From assembly GCF_009914755.1 (NCBI RefSeq), contig NC_060928.1: DNA of 64,000 nt; one strand, given 5' to 3'. The position numbers were made by a program, and so were the translations under genes. The stretch is from the human T2T-CHM13v2.0 reference genome, Homo sapiens. Every line of letters starts with the position of its first letter. Position 1 is the first letter of the stretch. Positions 46,101 to 60,830 of the stretch are shown here, piece by piece. The notes beneath the pieces were generated by a model. It was not told the DNA's origin, did no database searches, and was given only the letters and a program-made list of their open reading frames with translations.

Positions 46101-46597
46101 TTGATCTCAGGAGGAAAGTTTATAATGTTTTGCCATTAAGAGTCAATGTATGTGTTTCTATAGGTGTTTGTTTGTTTTTATTTTTAATATCATTTATCCA
46201 CTTAGGAAAGTTCACTTCTATTTCTAGTTTGCTTAAGGTCTTGCTTTGCTTAAATACCGGTTAGACATTAATTTTATCAACTTTGTTATGCAACTAAAAA
46301 CAATCACATGAACTTGTTTTCTATTTCTTTTTGGGTTAGTTTTAGTAAGTTGCATTTGTTAATTAAGTTTTCATTATTATCTAAATTTTCCAATAATGGC
46401 ATAGAGTTGTTCATAATAACTTCCTCATTTAACATATGTTAGAGCTTTAGTGATTACCCCTCTAGTATTGGTAATTTATGATTCATCTCTTTTTAATCTT
46501 GATCAGCTTTGCTAGGAAATTACTGGTTTTATTATTTATTTCAACAAATTGACCTCTGGCTTTGTTGATTCTCTACATTTTATATTTATTTGCATAA

Positions 46598-47044
46598 TGC
46601 TATTGTTTTGATGTGATTCGTCCCAGCCAAAACTCATATTGAATTTCATCTCAATGTAGCAGTATTGGAAATGAAGTCTGGAAGGAAGTCTTTGGCTCAT
46701 GGTGGTAGATCCCTCATACGTAGATTAATGCACTGGGGGTGAATGAAATCTTGCTGTAGTGGAAATGGATTAGTCTGGCTAGTGGTCTATCTATTTTACC
46801 AAGAGTCTGGGTTCCTTATTTGCCCTCTCTTGCTTCCACTCTCATCATGTGAATTTTTTTTTCACACACTGGCCCCCCTTCCACTTTCTGCTATGAGAGG
46901 AAGCAGCCTGAGGTCCTCACCATATACAGTTGCACAGTTTTGAAGTTTTCAGCCACCAGAATTGTTAGCCAAATAAACCTATTTTCTTTATAAATTATCC
47001 AGCCTTGGGCATTCTGTTATAACAACACTAAATGGACTAAGACA
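46598..47044 (+). mobile_element. MSTB/MSTC-like solo LTR
   Basis: tgctattgttttgatgtg...ccaaaactcatattgaa...aaataaacctattttctttataaattatccag...ggactaagaca. Confidence 0.85.
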
Positions 47045-47221
47045 ACTTTTATTCTATTCTGCTTATTTTTTCCTGCTTTGAGCTCATTTGACATTCTTTT
47101 AATATCTTTAAAAACACATCTAGGCCATGAATTTTTAATCTTTAAAAAAACCATATATACTTAGGCCTAGAAATCTTAACTACAGTGTAACCTCATCCAG
47201 TGAGATAATTTTTAGTTACAT

Positions 47222-47505
47222 CTTTTTTTTATTGTTTTATTCTTTGGAGACAGGTTCTCATTTTCTCATTTAGGCTGGACTGCAGTGGCACAATCATAGC
47301 TCACTGTAACGTGGAACTCCAGGGCTCACATAATCCTTCTACCTCAGCCTCCTGAGTAGCTGGGAATACAGATGTGCATCATCATGCCTGGTAATTTGTT
47401 TACTTTTTGTTGAGACAAGGTTTAGCTATATTGCCCAGGAGTGGTCTCAAACTCCTGGCCTCAAGTGATCCTCCTGCCTTGGCCTCTCAAAGTGCTGAGA
47501 TTATA
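47222..47505 (-). mobile_element. AluJ, slightly 5'-truncated
   Basis: gagacaggttctca...cacaatcatagctcactg...caaagtgctgagatta. Confidence 0.88.
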
Positions 47506-48294
47506 TTTACATTTATTTATGTTTTATTTACTTTAAAATGCCTTCTAATTTTTATTGACCTATTGTTAATTTAGAAGTTTTTGCTTACTTTCAAAGTTAA
47601 AATATAGTTATCCTTATGTTGTTAATTTCAAGCTTAATTCTCCATGATCGGAACATACTTTGATTTAGTTCCATGTCCAAAAAAAATATTCTGTAGATGT
47701 TGGTTATAGTCTTCTATAAGTGTTAAGTAGGCAGAATTTTTAAATTTTATTTTTAATCTTCAACATCCTTTCTTATTTTTTATCTGATTTTATCAATGCC
47801 TTATTCTATCAGTGACTGAGAAGAGTGTGCCAAGATTCCCTTGATGATGGAACATTTGTATTTTCCTCTTTTTATATTTGTCAATATTTGTGATAGATGT
47901 TTTTAGTCTATTTCATTAAAGGAAAAACAGTTCTATATAATTCTAATAAGTTGATGCTTTTAAAATAATAAAGTATCCCTCTTTCTATCAACTTTCTAGT
48001 TAAACATCATGATTTTGGTATTTTAAATAAAATATTAAACTTCTTGATATTTATAATGAATATAATTAACTATAATATTCTGATATTCTAGTATTTGTCA
48101 GATTTATTTTGCTTAGTGATTCTATGGCATATTTCTTTATATTCTTTTATTTCTAATTTCTTAATATCTTTATATTTAGAGTCTGTCTATTTTAAGTTAC
48201 AAAGGGTTTTGTTTGTTCTTTGTTATGCAGTATGTCAATTTCTGTTTTTAATTAGACGATTTTATCCATTTATATATGTCACATCTTTGTTTTT

Positions 48295-48562
48295 TGATTG
48301 ACTTAATTTTTAAAACAATGTTATATTAACAGAAAAATGATGAGATACCATATAGAGTTTCTATATGTACCTCACATCTAGTTTCCCATATTATTAACAT
48401 CATACATTGTATGGTAATTTGTTACAATTAATAAACAAATACTAATACATCATTATAAACTAAATGTTATATTCAGATTTCTTTAGCTTTTACTTAATGT
48501 ATTTTCCTGTCCAAGAATCCCATGCTAAATTTAATTATTATATCTCTTTAGCCTCCTCTTGG
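48295..48562 (-). mobile_element. L1MC-like 3' end
   Basis: acagaaaaatg...tagagtttctatat...tattattaacatc...ttgttacaattaataaacaaatactaatacatcatta. Confidence 0.7.
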
Positions 48563-50109
48563 AGGTTGGAATTTAGTCTTTGTGAAGTCTGCTTCATTGT
48601 GCTAGATTCAGCCATTTGGAATTCTAGCTAAAAGTCATTAAAAAAAAAAAAAAAAAACTCAAGATGTATTCCAGGACTCTCTTATAGTCCCATCAGAATT
48701 CTGGAAGCTATTCTCTTCTTGTGAGCCTGTCAGCTGCTCTTGAGACATGAAAACATCCATTGAGGTAAAGTAGTGCCAAATATTGTAGTCACCTCTGTCA
48801 ACTCTGGGCCTCCAAGTACTTGCCACTTTAATAGCTCTCTATTATCTTTGGTAGATTTTCTTTAAAAAAAATTTTTTCAGCATTTCTTCATTCTGCACTG
48901 AAAATTTTATCTGCAAAAACTATTCTACCTTGACCATAATGGGTAAAGGCAATTAAAAAGCTTTTGCTCCATGTTTCAAACTAGCTTTCCGGAAACATAC
49001 CAATTTGCATTCTTGCCAAAAGTTTATAGCAGTAACTATGTCTTCAAACACCACAGCAATATCTATCACTAGTAATGTTGAAGCTTAAGAAAATGAAAAA
49101 GATTAGGATTCATTTCTTTATTAGTTTATCCAATACATATTATTGAGCTCTTACTGTAGAGCTGACTTTGTCTCTTTCCTCTTACTTTCAAGAGGCTTCT
49201 AGACCCGTCCTTCTCTCCAGAAATGTACAAGCTGCTGGTAAGACATTACCTCAGAAAAAAAGACATGTTTGTCATATTTCCTTAAAAGAATGGATACCTA
49301 TCTACATTACATTCACAAAACTAATGAGTCACCCTGGGGTCCATATTTGAATGAATATTATTTCCCCCAAGTCCAATGGACTTCCTGTTTGCTTCACTAA
49401 AACCAGACAATGTATTGGCAACCTTAATCTTTAGTTGAAATCTTTTCTTACTAAAACGCAGAAAGGACAAACACCAAACCAAACCACTAACAACAAACAT
49501 GCCAGTATATAAAAGAAGGAGATCTATTTGACATCTCCTCTATGTTTTGAATTACTCCAAGTTTGGTGGTCAATGTGACTTTTTTTTTTTTTAGGAGAGT
49601 GGTAATGGACATAAATTTAACCACTTTTATTAACCAAGGGAATGTCAAGACATAGGCTATTATGTCTTAATATCCTCTTATCTCCATTTAACCCATAAAT
49701 CATTTATTATGCATCTTTTAATGTAATATGTAGTAATTTAAAATTATTGATAAATTACTTTTGTTCCCTAGATGATGTTTAAGAGCTTTTATTAATAGCA
49801 GCAATTGAAATAATTATAATTAAAATAAAAAATATTAACAGTCACTGTCTATTTCTTGTATGCCATATGCAAGGCTCACATAAGTACAATCATGGTCAAA
49901 TCCTCACATCTGCCATGAGTTAGCTGTTGCCCCCTATTTTTTAATTGATAAGGCAACTGTTACTTAGAGGAACTTTGGATATCAATTGAAGCACCAATAT
50001 AATTTAAAGTCTGATTGATAGAAATGCAAATATCAAGTTATAACTAATTTAATTAAACAATAAATAAAACTATATGTTTATTACATGATAAAATTTATGA
50101 GGCATTCTT

Positions 50110-50424
<315 letters not shown>

Positions 50425-51479
50425 TATGAGGCATTCTTGCCTTAGAAACTTGATTTTAATTAGGCAGAGCTAAATAAATGAGTAGTTCTCAATGATAGAA
50501 GGGGTTTGTTCTTCTCAGCGTGTTGTAGGCAAGAAATTTAATCTTATTTTTTTCCTGTAGTGAATGTTTCTCTCTGCATAGGCAGGCCCCATTTATCTTT
50601 TTTTTTTTTTTTAACTTAAGTATGCCACTGGCATGTGGAAAGATCTTTATATATAAATCATTTATGTTTCTTGATTCATTTTTCCTCTGTAACTGGGGAT
50701 ACTACCCTATAATTTCATTAAATTATGATTCACTGAGAATTAATTAAAAATATACACGAGGTAAAAATATAGTTCTTGCTTTTTAGAAACTTTTTTTCAC
50801 AAAACCATATTTTGCTTCTTAAAAATATATTTTGAAACAATTATTAAATAATCTACTAGGAAATAGCAATTATGTCCCCTTTCTAGATGAGAAAACTAAG
50901 GCCCACTGGGGTTAGGTAAATTGCCAACTTACTAAATGCAAAGACTTCAAGAAAATTGTATCCAAAATAGAACCAGTTTTGTTGAACTTTATGTGTCATG
51001 TGTGAATTTATGGGGAAAGAATAAAAGAGTGAAGGAAAGTTTCATTTTACGTGACTTCACCGGAATTTGCATATCGTGATTTTGAGCTTTTATTTTGAAG
51101 CTATTAATAAAAATTATACTGACAAAAAGCACTTGAAATACATCTTCTTTTGCTCATTTTCAATCCCAGGTATTATCACTTGGTGGTAGCTCCTTTGAGA
51201 GGAGTTCAAAAGTATTGTTTGCAGTGTTTGATTCAACAGCAGTATTTATTTTGGCTACCCAGCTTTTATGAAATACAGAAATATTTCCATGACTGTTTAT
51301 CATATTTGAATTAACCATGTGGGATTCCTGAGAGCAAGCACTTACAAGACCTTTTTTCCCTTTTTGTTTATAAATTGGTTTTCTTTGATTGTATTATTTA
51401 TGTTCATATACATAAAATGCAACGTATTTCACTTCTCAAAATTACAGCCCTTTCCAGTTAAAGCATCCCTGGCAGAGGG

Positions 51480-51850
51480 CCAGGATGATCTGCCACCCCG
51501 CATCGCAGATCCTGTCATATCTCCTGTCCTACCTCTTTAATGGCTTCCCTCCAACTAGATACGAATGAAACTCATTTTCCTGGCGTATCTTCTGTCTTCT
51601 GTCTCCAACTCCATATTCCGTGACTTTCTTCCTCAAAACTCACGCTTAGCAAAGCTGGATAACCAGTACTTTCCAGAATATGTCTTTCTCTCTTGTTCCT
51701 CTTGTATGTGCAGATACTTCTCTCTTGGTAATGTCAGTTCCCATCTCTCTTTCATTGGTCTCCATCCAGAACTGCACTAGATCATGTCTACCTCGCTATT
51801 ACAATGCTTTGAAACTTTAGTTCCCCTTAGATTGTAAACTTCTGTTCATT
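51480..51850 (+). mobile_element. L2-like fragment
   Basis: ctttaatggcttccc...ttagattgtaaactt; heavily diverged. Confidence 0.4.
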
Positions 51851-52258
51851 TATTCAACAATAATTTATCAGTCACTGAATGTCAAATACTATGTTTAGGT
51901 ATGGAGAGACTTGGGGTTTAAGGTTAAAATGATGAATTACGGATATAGTTCCTGCTGTAAAGGAACCGTCAATCTGATGGGAAAACAAATAATCAATAAG
52001 TGTGGTGATACAGGTGTCTCTTGCTTCAAGTAGATAATATTTTATATGAAATTTTCCTTGTTTAACTATTGGTATAGTTTCTGTCTGCTTTCAGATTTTG
52101 TCCTGGCTTCTGTCTCCTTATTAGACCCTGCCCAATGTAATAGGGAAGCACAGGGGCTTTGGAAGCACATATAGGACCTTTAATACAATGCCTAATACAG
52201 AATGGGATTTTAGCAAAGTTTCCTAGTGGAGACATCCCCTGACCAATGGAAACCATGA

Positions 52259-52626
<368 letters not shown>

Positions 52627-52900
52627 TATTACTTTTCTACATACAAAAATCCTATAAAGTAGGTGGAGAAACAATCATTATTACCATTTAACAAATAAGG
52701 ATTTGGAAGCCAAATCAATCAGATAAATTTACCAAGGTCATTTGATAATTATATGGCAATTCTTGGACCACGGCATATTTTTCTTTATGCCTAAGCAAGG
52801 GCTCTTTCCAATTTTTCGAGAATGTTACAAACTGTACATATACATTGCAGGTGCTGAATGGTGGTATGATTTTTTACCTTTCAGTTTTAAGAAATTGTGG

Positions 52901-53258
<358 letters not shown>

Positions 53259-53289
53259 CTAAGGTGTTCCTTTCATTTAACAGCAGTGA

Positions 53290-53806
53290 GGATGTACCCA
53301 AGGGCAATGTACCAGAGCTGGTTTCTCTGCCCTCAGATCCAATTTTACCCCACTGCTTCTCTGCTTCATATGGGAAGGGATTCTGGCCGCTGCAGGCTGG
53401 ATTCTTCTGTCTCCCATGCCAGCTGTCTTCCAGATGGGTTTATCTAATGGGAGGCATTGGTGTAGATTACTAATTGAAAGAGAGAAGTCAGGACACCTCT
53501 CACAATTTCTGCATGTCTGTCTCAAGCAGCATCTCTGCTAGCAACTGATCCTCTCTGTGACTCCAGTTTCTGCCAAACAGGCTTACCAGGGTCCCAGGGT
53601 TGGCCAGGGGACCCTGTATGGACCCTGGACTATGGAGATACTGCCTCTTCTATTTGTCCCTCTTTACTCTAGGGCTCCATGGCCTCTTGCTACTGCTTAT
53701 CTCTGGGTTAATTCACCATGAGTTTCTCCATTACCTGTGTAACCTAAATCCTCTCTACTAAAAATAGTGATGATGCCTGTTTTCCTCGTAGGACTCTAAC
53801 TAATCC
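53290..53806 (+). mobile_element. Old ERVL LTR (LTR33/LTR41-like)
   Basis: cctcagatcc...gggtttatctaatgggaggcattgg...tgttttcctcgtaggactctaactaatcca. Confidence 0.5.
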
Positions 53807-54042
53807 AACCAGACTGGGGCTACGAAATACCCTTTAAAGCTGGATCAGATATTCAAATGTATTCTTAAGTTGGCAAATAACAAATGAGCAAAGTTAGCAG
53901 GTATAGAACAATAGACCTGTAATAAAGAAAGACAGCAGAGTGAGTGTAGTGATGAATGACACCTGTTGTTCATCCCTGGGGTTGGAAGACAATAGGCAGG
54001 AGAAGAGAAGGGAGAGCTGCAGTGTGGTCAGGCCTCATCAAC

Positions 54043-54206
54043 CCCCTCAGCTCAAAATGGGCACCTTTCTCACCTGCATCCACATCCTGGGCAATTGTTA
54101 GAAATACAGAATCTAGGGCTCAACCCCAGACACACTGAATGTGAATCTGCATTTAAACAAGTTTCCAAGGCACCTGACAGGCACTTGACATTTGGAGTAA
54201 GTGCTA
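54043..54206. mobile_element. MER5A-like element
   Basis: ttgttagaaatacagaatctagggctcaaccccagacacactgaatgtgaatctgcatttaaacaag. Confidence 0.75.
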
Positions 54207-55624
54207 GTCTCAAGGATTCCTTGCTAAAGGTGTGTCTCAGCCCCAGCTCATTGCTGCTGTGTAGGAAAGTGCTCCCCACATAATCAAATATTACACTTTT
54301 TCAGGAGAATTTGGAAGTCAACAGAAAACCATCTGTGGCATTCCTTGGTTTTCAAATATTGGACTTATTTTTGAAGGGTATGTATGCCAAATAGAATTCA
54401 CATCTGTGCCTCATAAGACCGGCAGGTCCAGTTGTCTACAAGCCCTTAAGGAAACAAGGCATGGAGTCGCAACATGCTCCAGTGCAACACTGGCATGTCT
54501 TATCTTCCTAAAATTTACCTCTGCCTTAGTTGATTTTCTCCTTTTATGGTTTTCTGTGGCTCACAGAGCAGAAGCAGTAGCTCAAAGACACACAGCTGAT
54601 AACAGACCAAACAGGGACTTCATCAAACTCCACATCCCCTCGTACCCCAATGTCTCCCCATCCCCCATAGATTTGCTTTTGGATTTTATGGGTCAGTGCC
54701 CAGGGCACTGGGGATCCATCCCAGGTGCTAAAGGCCTGGGATTTCCCCTGCTGTATCTCCAACAAATAGAGCAATGGTTAAGTGTGGAAATTTCCTCTCC
54801 GTTCACAAAGTAGACGTTTAATTACCAGGAGCTTCTGTGTTCCCACAGCAGGATGCATAAAATGAAGTAAAGCATAATTGTGGCAGTGCGTCTGGTTCGG
54901 AAATTAAAACTCCAGCAAGGAAGGGCGTGCAGGGAGCCAGATGGTGTGGAGCATAAGGTGGCATGCTGTCAGCCATTTCCCACTTGGGCAGATCTCATTG
55001 GGAGCTGATTTGTTCCAGGTTGGGCTGCCCCTCGGCCAGGCCTCCAGCTCTCTGTCTGGGGGTTGTCTGTGGCTGTTTTAACAAACAGGCCTCTTCTAGC
55101 TGATTTCTTCCAGAGAGGCACAGACATGTTGTCAGTGGTTAGAGAGCAAAATAGCCAAATCTTCAGCAACTCCTCGAAAGTCTACAGACAGAGAAGTTCT
55201 GGAAAACAATAATTCTGGGGTTTTTAACCTACCTGATGTGACATATGTAAGAATCCATCTGGTCCCTGTAAAAGTGTTCAGAGTAAAGAGAGTGATCTGC
55301 CATGTCCCTTGTGCTTGTGACTTCGGAGCCTGTGACTTGCTTTTCTATACCAGATTCTTTACTCTTAACCCCTCTGGACATTACACAAAAACTTGAAAGA
55401 GTGGAAAAGAGGAATATTATGGAACATGGGCAGAGAAGTACACCTCACCAAGCAGTTTCCAACTGCAACTTCCCTCCAAGAACATTTGCCACACTTCCTT
55501 AGTACAGCACAGCAGTTTTGTGTATAACTTAGAGATGCTCCCGCCCCAAAGTTGGCTTCATCTTCCAATTACTTTTTCCACTATTATTTATTCATGTATT
55601 CATTTTTCTCTTTCAACAAGGGTA

Positions 55625-58028
55625 TTTTTTTTCTTTTTTGAACTTCTATTTTAGAATCAGGGGGTACATGTGAAGGTTTGTTACAAAAGGTACATTGCAT
55701 GATGTTGACGTTTGGAGTTGGAGTATAAATGAATCCATCAGCAAGGTAGTGAGCATAGTACCAAATAGGTAGGTTTTTTCCAACCCTTGCTCTTCTCTCT
55801 CCCGCTCCACTCTAGGAGTCCCCAGTTCCTATTGTTTCCATTTTTATGACCACGTGTACCCAATATTTATCTTCCACTTATAAGTGAGAACATGCAGTAT
55901 TTGGTTTTCTGTTTTGGCATTAGTTCATTTAGGATGACAGTTTCCAACTGCATCCATGTTGCTGCAAAGGACATGAGTTTATTCTTTTTTATGGCTGTGT
56001 AGTATTCCATAGTGTATATGTACCATATTTTCCTAATTCAGTCCATCATTGATGAGCTCTTAGGTTGATTCTATGTCTTTGTTATTATGAAGAGGACTCC
56101 AATCAGCATATGAATGAATGTGTCTTTTTGGTAGAATGGTTTATATACCTTTGGGTATATTCCCAGCAGTGAAATTGCTGGGTTGAATGTTGAATGATAG
56201 TTTAACTCTTAGTTTTCTGAGAAATCTCCAAACTGCTCTCCACAGCGGCCTAACTAATTTACATTCCCAACAACAATAGTATAAGCATTCTCTTCTCTCT
56301 ACAGCCTTGCCAACACCTGTTATTTTTTTGACTTTTTAACAAAAGCCATTCTGACTGTTGTATAATGGCATCTTCTTATTGTTTTGATTTGCATTTCTCT
56401 GATGATTAGTGATGTGGAGAATTTTTAAAATATGTTTGTTGGCCTCTTGTATGTCTTCTTTTGAGAAGTATCTGTACATGTCTTTTGGTTACTTTTTTCT
56501 TTTCTTTTTATTTTATTTTATTATTATTTTTTCTTTTTTGAGAACAAGGCCTGGCTATATAGCCCAGGCTGGAGCGCAGTGGCACAATCTAGGCTCACTG
56601 CAACCTCAGCCTCCCCTAGTCAACTCATCCTCCCACCTCAGCCTCCTGAGTAGCTGAAACTACAGGTGCGTACCATCACACCCTGCTAATTTTTCTTGGT
56701 ATTTTTTGTGGAGATGGGGTTTCATCATGCTGCCCAGGCTGGTCTCCAACTCATGAGCTCAAGTGATCTGCCTGCCCCGGCGGGATTACACTTTGCCCAC
56801 TTTTAAGTGGGGTTGTCTTTTGCCTATTGAGTCGTTTAAGTTCCTTATGGGTCCCAGATGTTATATTTTTGTCAGATATTTTGCATAGTTTGCAAATATT
56901 TTCTCCCATTCTATAGGTTGTCTGTTTGCTCTGTTGATAGTTCTCTTCCTGTGCAGAAGCTATTTCATTTCATTAGGTCACATTTGTCAACTTTTGTTTT
57001 TCTTGCAATTACTTTTGAGGACTTAGCCATAAATTTTTGCCAAGGCCAATCTCAAGAAGGGTATTTCCTAGGCTTTCTTCTAGGATTCTTAGAATTTGAG
57101 GTCTTACAGTTAAGTCTTTTATCATCTTGGGTTAATTTTTGCATACGGTGATAGGTAGAAGTCCAGATGTATTCCTCTATATATGGACAGCTGGTTGTCC
57201 CAGCACTACTTACTGAACAGAGACTCCTTTCTCCATTGCTTATTTTTGTTGACTTTGTTGAAGATAAGATGGTTGTAGGTGTAAGGGTTTACTTTTGGGT
57301 TCTGTATTCTGTTTCATTGGTCTGTGTGTCTGTTTCTGTACCAGTACCATGCTGTTTTAATTACTGCAGACTTCTAGCATAAATCAGGTAATGTGATGCC
57401 TCTGGTTTTGTTCTTTTTGCTTACAATTGTTTTGGGTATTTGGGCTCTTTTTTGTTTCCATATGAATTTTAGACATTTTTTTCTAATTCTGTGAAAAATG
57501 ACATTGGTAATTTGATACGAATAACACTGAATCTGTACATTGCTTTGGGCAGTAAGGCCGTTTTAATGATGTTGATTCTTCCAATTCATGAGCATAGGAT
57601 GCTTTTACTTTTATTTGTGTCATCCCTAATTTCTTTCAGCAGTGTTTTGTAATTCTCCTTGCAGAGATATTTCACCTCCTTGGTTAGCTGTATTCCTAAA
57701 TATTCTTCTCTTTTGTGGCAATTGTAAATGAGATTGCATTCTTGATTTGCCTCTCAACCTCTATGGCTCTATGGAAATTCTACTGGTTTTTGTACATTGA
57801 TTTTGTATCCTAAAACTTTGCTGAAGTCATTTATCAGCTCTAGCAGTCTTTTGGTGGAATATTTAGGGTTTTCTAGATATAGAGTCATATCATCAGTGAA
57901 GAGAGTAAGCTTGAGTTCTTCTTTTCCTATTTGGGTGCCTTTTATTTCTTTCTCTTGCCTGATTTCTCTGGCTAGGACTTTCAGTACTATGTTCCGAATA
58001 AGAGTGGTGATAGTGGGCATCCCTGTCT
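55625..58028 (-). mobile_element. 5'-truncated L1PA16-like element inserted into an L2 tail
   Basis: 3' UTR ggtacatgtgaaggtttgttaca...gtagtgagcatagtacc; RT remnant [13 protein letters not shown]; degraded TSD ttcaacaagggt/ttcaacaagtgt. Confidence 0.9.
56495..56790 (-). mobile_element. AluJ nested in the L1
   Basis: gcccaggctggagcgcagtggc...ctcaagtgatctgcctgcc; 5' part truncated with an internal deletion. Confidence 0.88.
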
Positions 58029-58850
58029 TCAACAAGTGTGTATTGAGCAACTATTGTTTGCAAGTCACTATTCTGAATGCTGGAAATAGAGTAGTGAATA
58101 AGATGGATAATAAACATATAAAGATATCAGTTAATTTTGGAAAATGAAAAATTTGGGGCAGATGTGTGAATGTACACACACATACATAAACACACACACA
58201 CTCTCTCTTTAGAATCCTGAGATAGCTACTAGAATCCTTTAATCTTTATTTATCTAATCCTTTACCTAATCCAGAATTCCTTATTCTAAGGAATCCTGGA
58301 ATAAAGAGAACCATGCGGTAGGGAACACAACTTTAGTTAGGGTGACCAAGTGAGGCCTCTCTGAGGAGGGGACAGTTGAGTTGAAGTCTCAATGATGAAA
58401 AATCCAGATATACAAAAAAATAAAGATCTGGATGGAGAGAAATGTTTCATGAAGTGGGAAGATTCCTGATAAGAATCCAGATGTGGGAATGACCTTGTAT
58501 GTTCAGAAATAGAGAAGGCTTTCTGAGGAATGGGGGAGAAAAATAGGTGGTGAATTTGGAGAGGGTAGCAGGGGCTGAATCCTATAGGACTGTGTAGACC
58601 AAGGTAAGGATTTTCATCTAATTGTAGTGATAATGCATTCAAATATATTAATACATAATCTAATTTGTGCTTCAAAAAATATCACTATTGAGTGGAGGAT
58701 GAACCATACGGTGGACAGGAATGGAGTCAGAAATAGCAGTTGGGAGGCCTCCTCAGAAGTCTAGATAGGAAGTGATGATGGCCTGACTAGGATAAGAGAT
58801 GTAAGAATGGTGCAAAACATTTGGGATATATTCTGGAGGAAGCTCCACTC
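58029..58850 (-). mobile_element. L2 fragments
   Basis: tattgagcaacta...tgctggaaatagagtagtgaataaga; gaggcctctctgaggaggggacagttgagttga; ccaaggtaaggatttt. Confidence 0.7.
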
Positions 58851-59225
58851 AGGTCAAGCCCCACTTCACCTACACCAACCTTCTCTATTAATTTTGCTAA
58901 AATTCCAGCAGGTACTGAGTAATGTGAGACTCTCCTATGTAGAGTGTAGAGTCCAATGATTCAAACAAATTGGCAAAGGAAAATATTTGGTATGTTAACA
59001 TTTACTGTTCAAGCCTCAATCCACATTCTGAAAATATGCATTTATTTATTAGACATTCTGTGCTGGGAGGAGAGCAGAGGATCCAGGGAGCAGATTGCAG
59101 GGAGCTTCACTGAAGCAAGATGACCGTGATGCTGGAGAAGAGCCCTTGAGATGGAACAGGTGAGCTCATGTCAAATAGGGGAAGAAAGAGGCAATCTGCA
59201 TAGCATCAGAACAGAAAACTAGGAC

Positions 59226-59689
59226 TATATTAGTTTTCTGGGGTCTCTGTAAAAAGTACCACAGACAGGATGGCTCTCAAAAACAGAAATTTGTGGTCTC
59301 ACAGTTCTTGAGACTAGAAATATGAGGTCACCGTTTTAGCTGGTGTGTGTTGGGGGGTTGGGCCCTCTGAAGATTGTGGAGGAATAATCTGTTTTAAGCC
59401 CCTTCCTTATTTTCTAGAGATTTGCTGATAATCTTTTGCATTCTTTGGCTTGTGGAAGCATTATCTCAATCTCTGCCTTCATGTTCACACAACATTCTCT
59501 CTGTGTATATCTGTCTCCAAATTTCCCTTTTCAAAAATAAGTCATATTGGATTATGGTCCACCCTAAAGACCTTGTCTTAACTTGAGTATATCTATTAAG
59601 GCTAGTTCCAAATGAGGTTCCATTTTGAGGTACCGGGGGTCGGACGTTCAATGTACCATTTGTTGGGGAGCAGTACTCAATGTGTAACA
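59226..59689 (-). mobile_element. MLT1C-like solo LTR
   Basis: tatattagtttt...aaaacagaaatttgtggtctcacagttct...gtaaca; perfect 5-bp TSD aggac/aggac. Confidence 0.85.
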
Positions 59690-59934
59690 AGGACTAATTG
59701 GTGCAAGTTAATGGGACGTTCATCTTGTTTCAATCCAAGGATGAATTTTTAAGCAGTCAGAATTTTGCAGCCATGGTGAAAGTCGACTTTTGTCTATAGT
59801 GAGTACCCAGTGCCTGGGGGTTTTCAAGAAGAGTCTGAACACTCAGCCAAGGATGTTGTGAACAAGGACTTCTATATCGCATGAAATGATGGGTTGACAT
59901 AATCTCTGTGGCTCTGGATTGAGGCCTTCTTTAA

Positions 59935-60293
59935 TCACAAAAATCTCATAAAGTTAAAACATGGATGAACCTTGAATATATCATGCAAAGTGAAAGAAGC
60001 CAGACACAGAAGGCCACGTACTGTGTGGTTCAATTTATACAAAATTTCAGAAATGGGCAAATACATAGAGACAAAAAGTAGATTAGTGGTTGCCAGAGAC
60101 TGGGAGACAGGGAGATGGAAAGTGATTGCTAATGGGTACGGGGATTGTTTTGGGGTAAGGACATATTCTGGAATTAGATAGTGATGATGGTTGCACAACT
60201 TTGTCACTACACAAAAAAACAACAACACTGATTTACATACTTTAAAATATTGAATTTTAAGGTATGTGATTATATCTCAATTTTTTAAAAAAG
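59935..60293 (+). mobile_element. L1MB-like 3' end
   Basis: acatggatgaaccttgaa...agtgaaagaagccagacaca...gtagattagtggttgccag...gattatatctcaat. Confidence 0.85.
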
Positions 60294-60453
60294 GAAAATG
60301 TTTTATGAAATGGGTATTATTGTCCCTACTTTATGGATGACAAAACTTGGATGTAGGGAGATTTAAAATCTAGCCATGCTCAGATGGCAAATTACAGAGC
60401 AAAAATATCTGTTTACCTTTATTTTTTTCCACTTACAAAACCAAGTTTCCTAC

Positions 60454-60830
60454 TGATACGGTTTGGCTCTGTGTCTCCACCCAAATCTCATCTTGAATTG
60501 TAATCCCAATAACCCCTTTTTGTCTAGGGAGGACTTGGTGGGGGGTGATTGGATCATGGGGGTGGTTTGCCCTATGCTGTTCTCATGATAGTGAGTTAGT
60601 TCTCATGAGAGCTGATGCTTTAAAAGTGTTTGGCAGTTTTCCCTGTTCTCTTTCTCTTTCCTGCTACCTTGTGAAGAAGGTACTTGCTTCTCCTTCACCT
60701 TCCATCATGATTGTAAGTTTCCTGAGGCTTCCCCAGCCACGTGGAACTGCGAGTCAACTAAATCTCTTTCCTTTATAAATTATCCAGTCGTGAGTATTTC
60801 TTTACGGCAGTGTGAATTTGGACTAATACA
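60454..60830 (+). mobile_element. THE1D-like solo LTR
   Basis: tgatacggtttggctctgtgtc...ggactaataca; TSD cctac/cctaa. Confidence 0.92.

Larger units (their letters stand above)
45560..48290 (-). mobile_element. Old L1M fragments with nested MST LTR and AluJ
   Basis: Degenerate antisense ORF2 text (aactttgtatccagtgaacttgttaaattcact; cttctatttctagtttgct; attctatcagtgactgagaagagtgtg). Confidence 0.65.
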
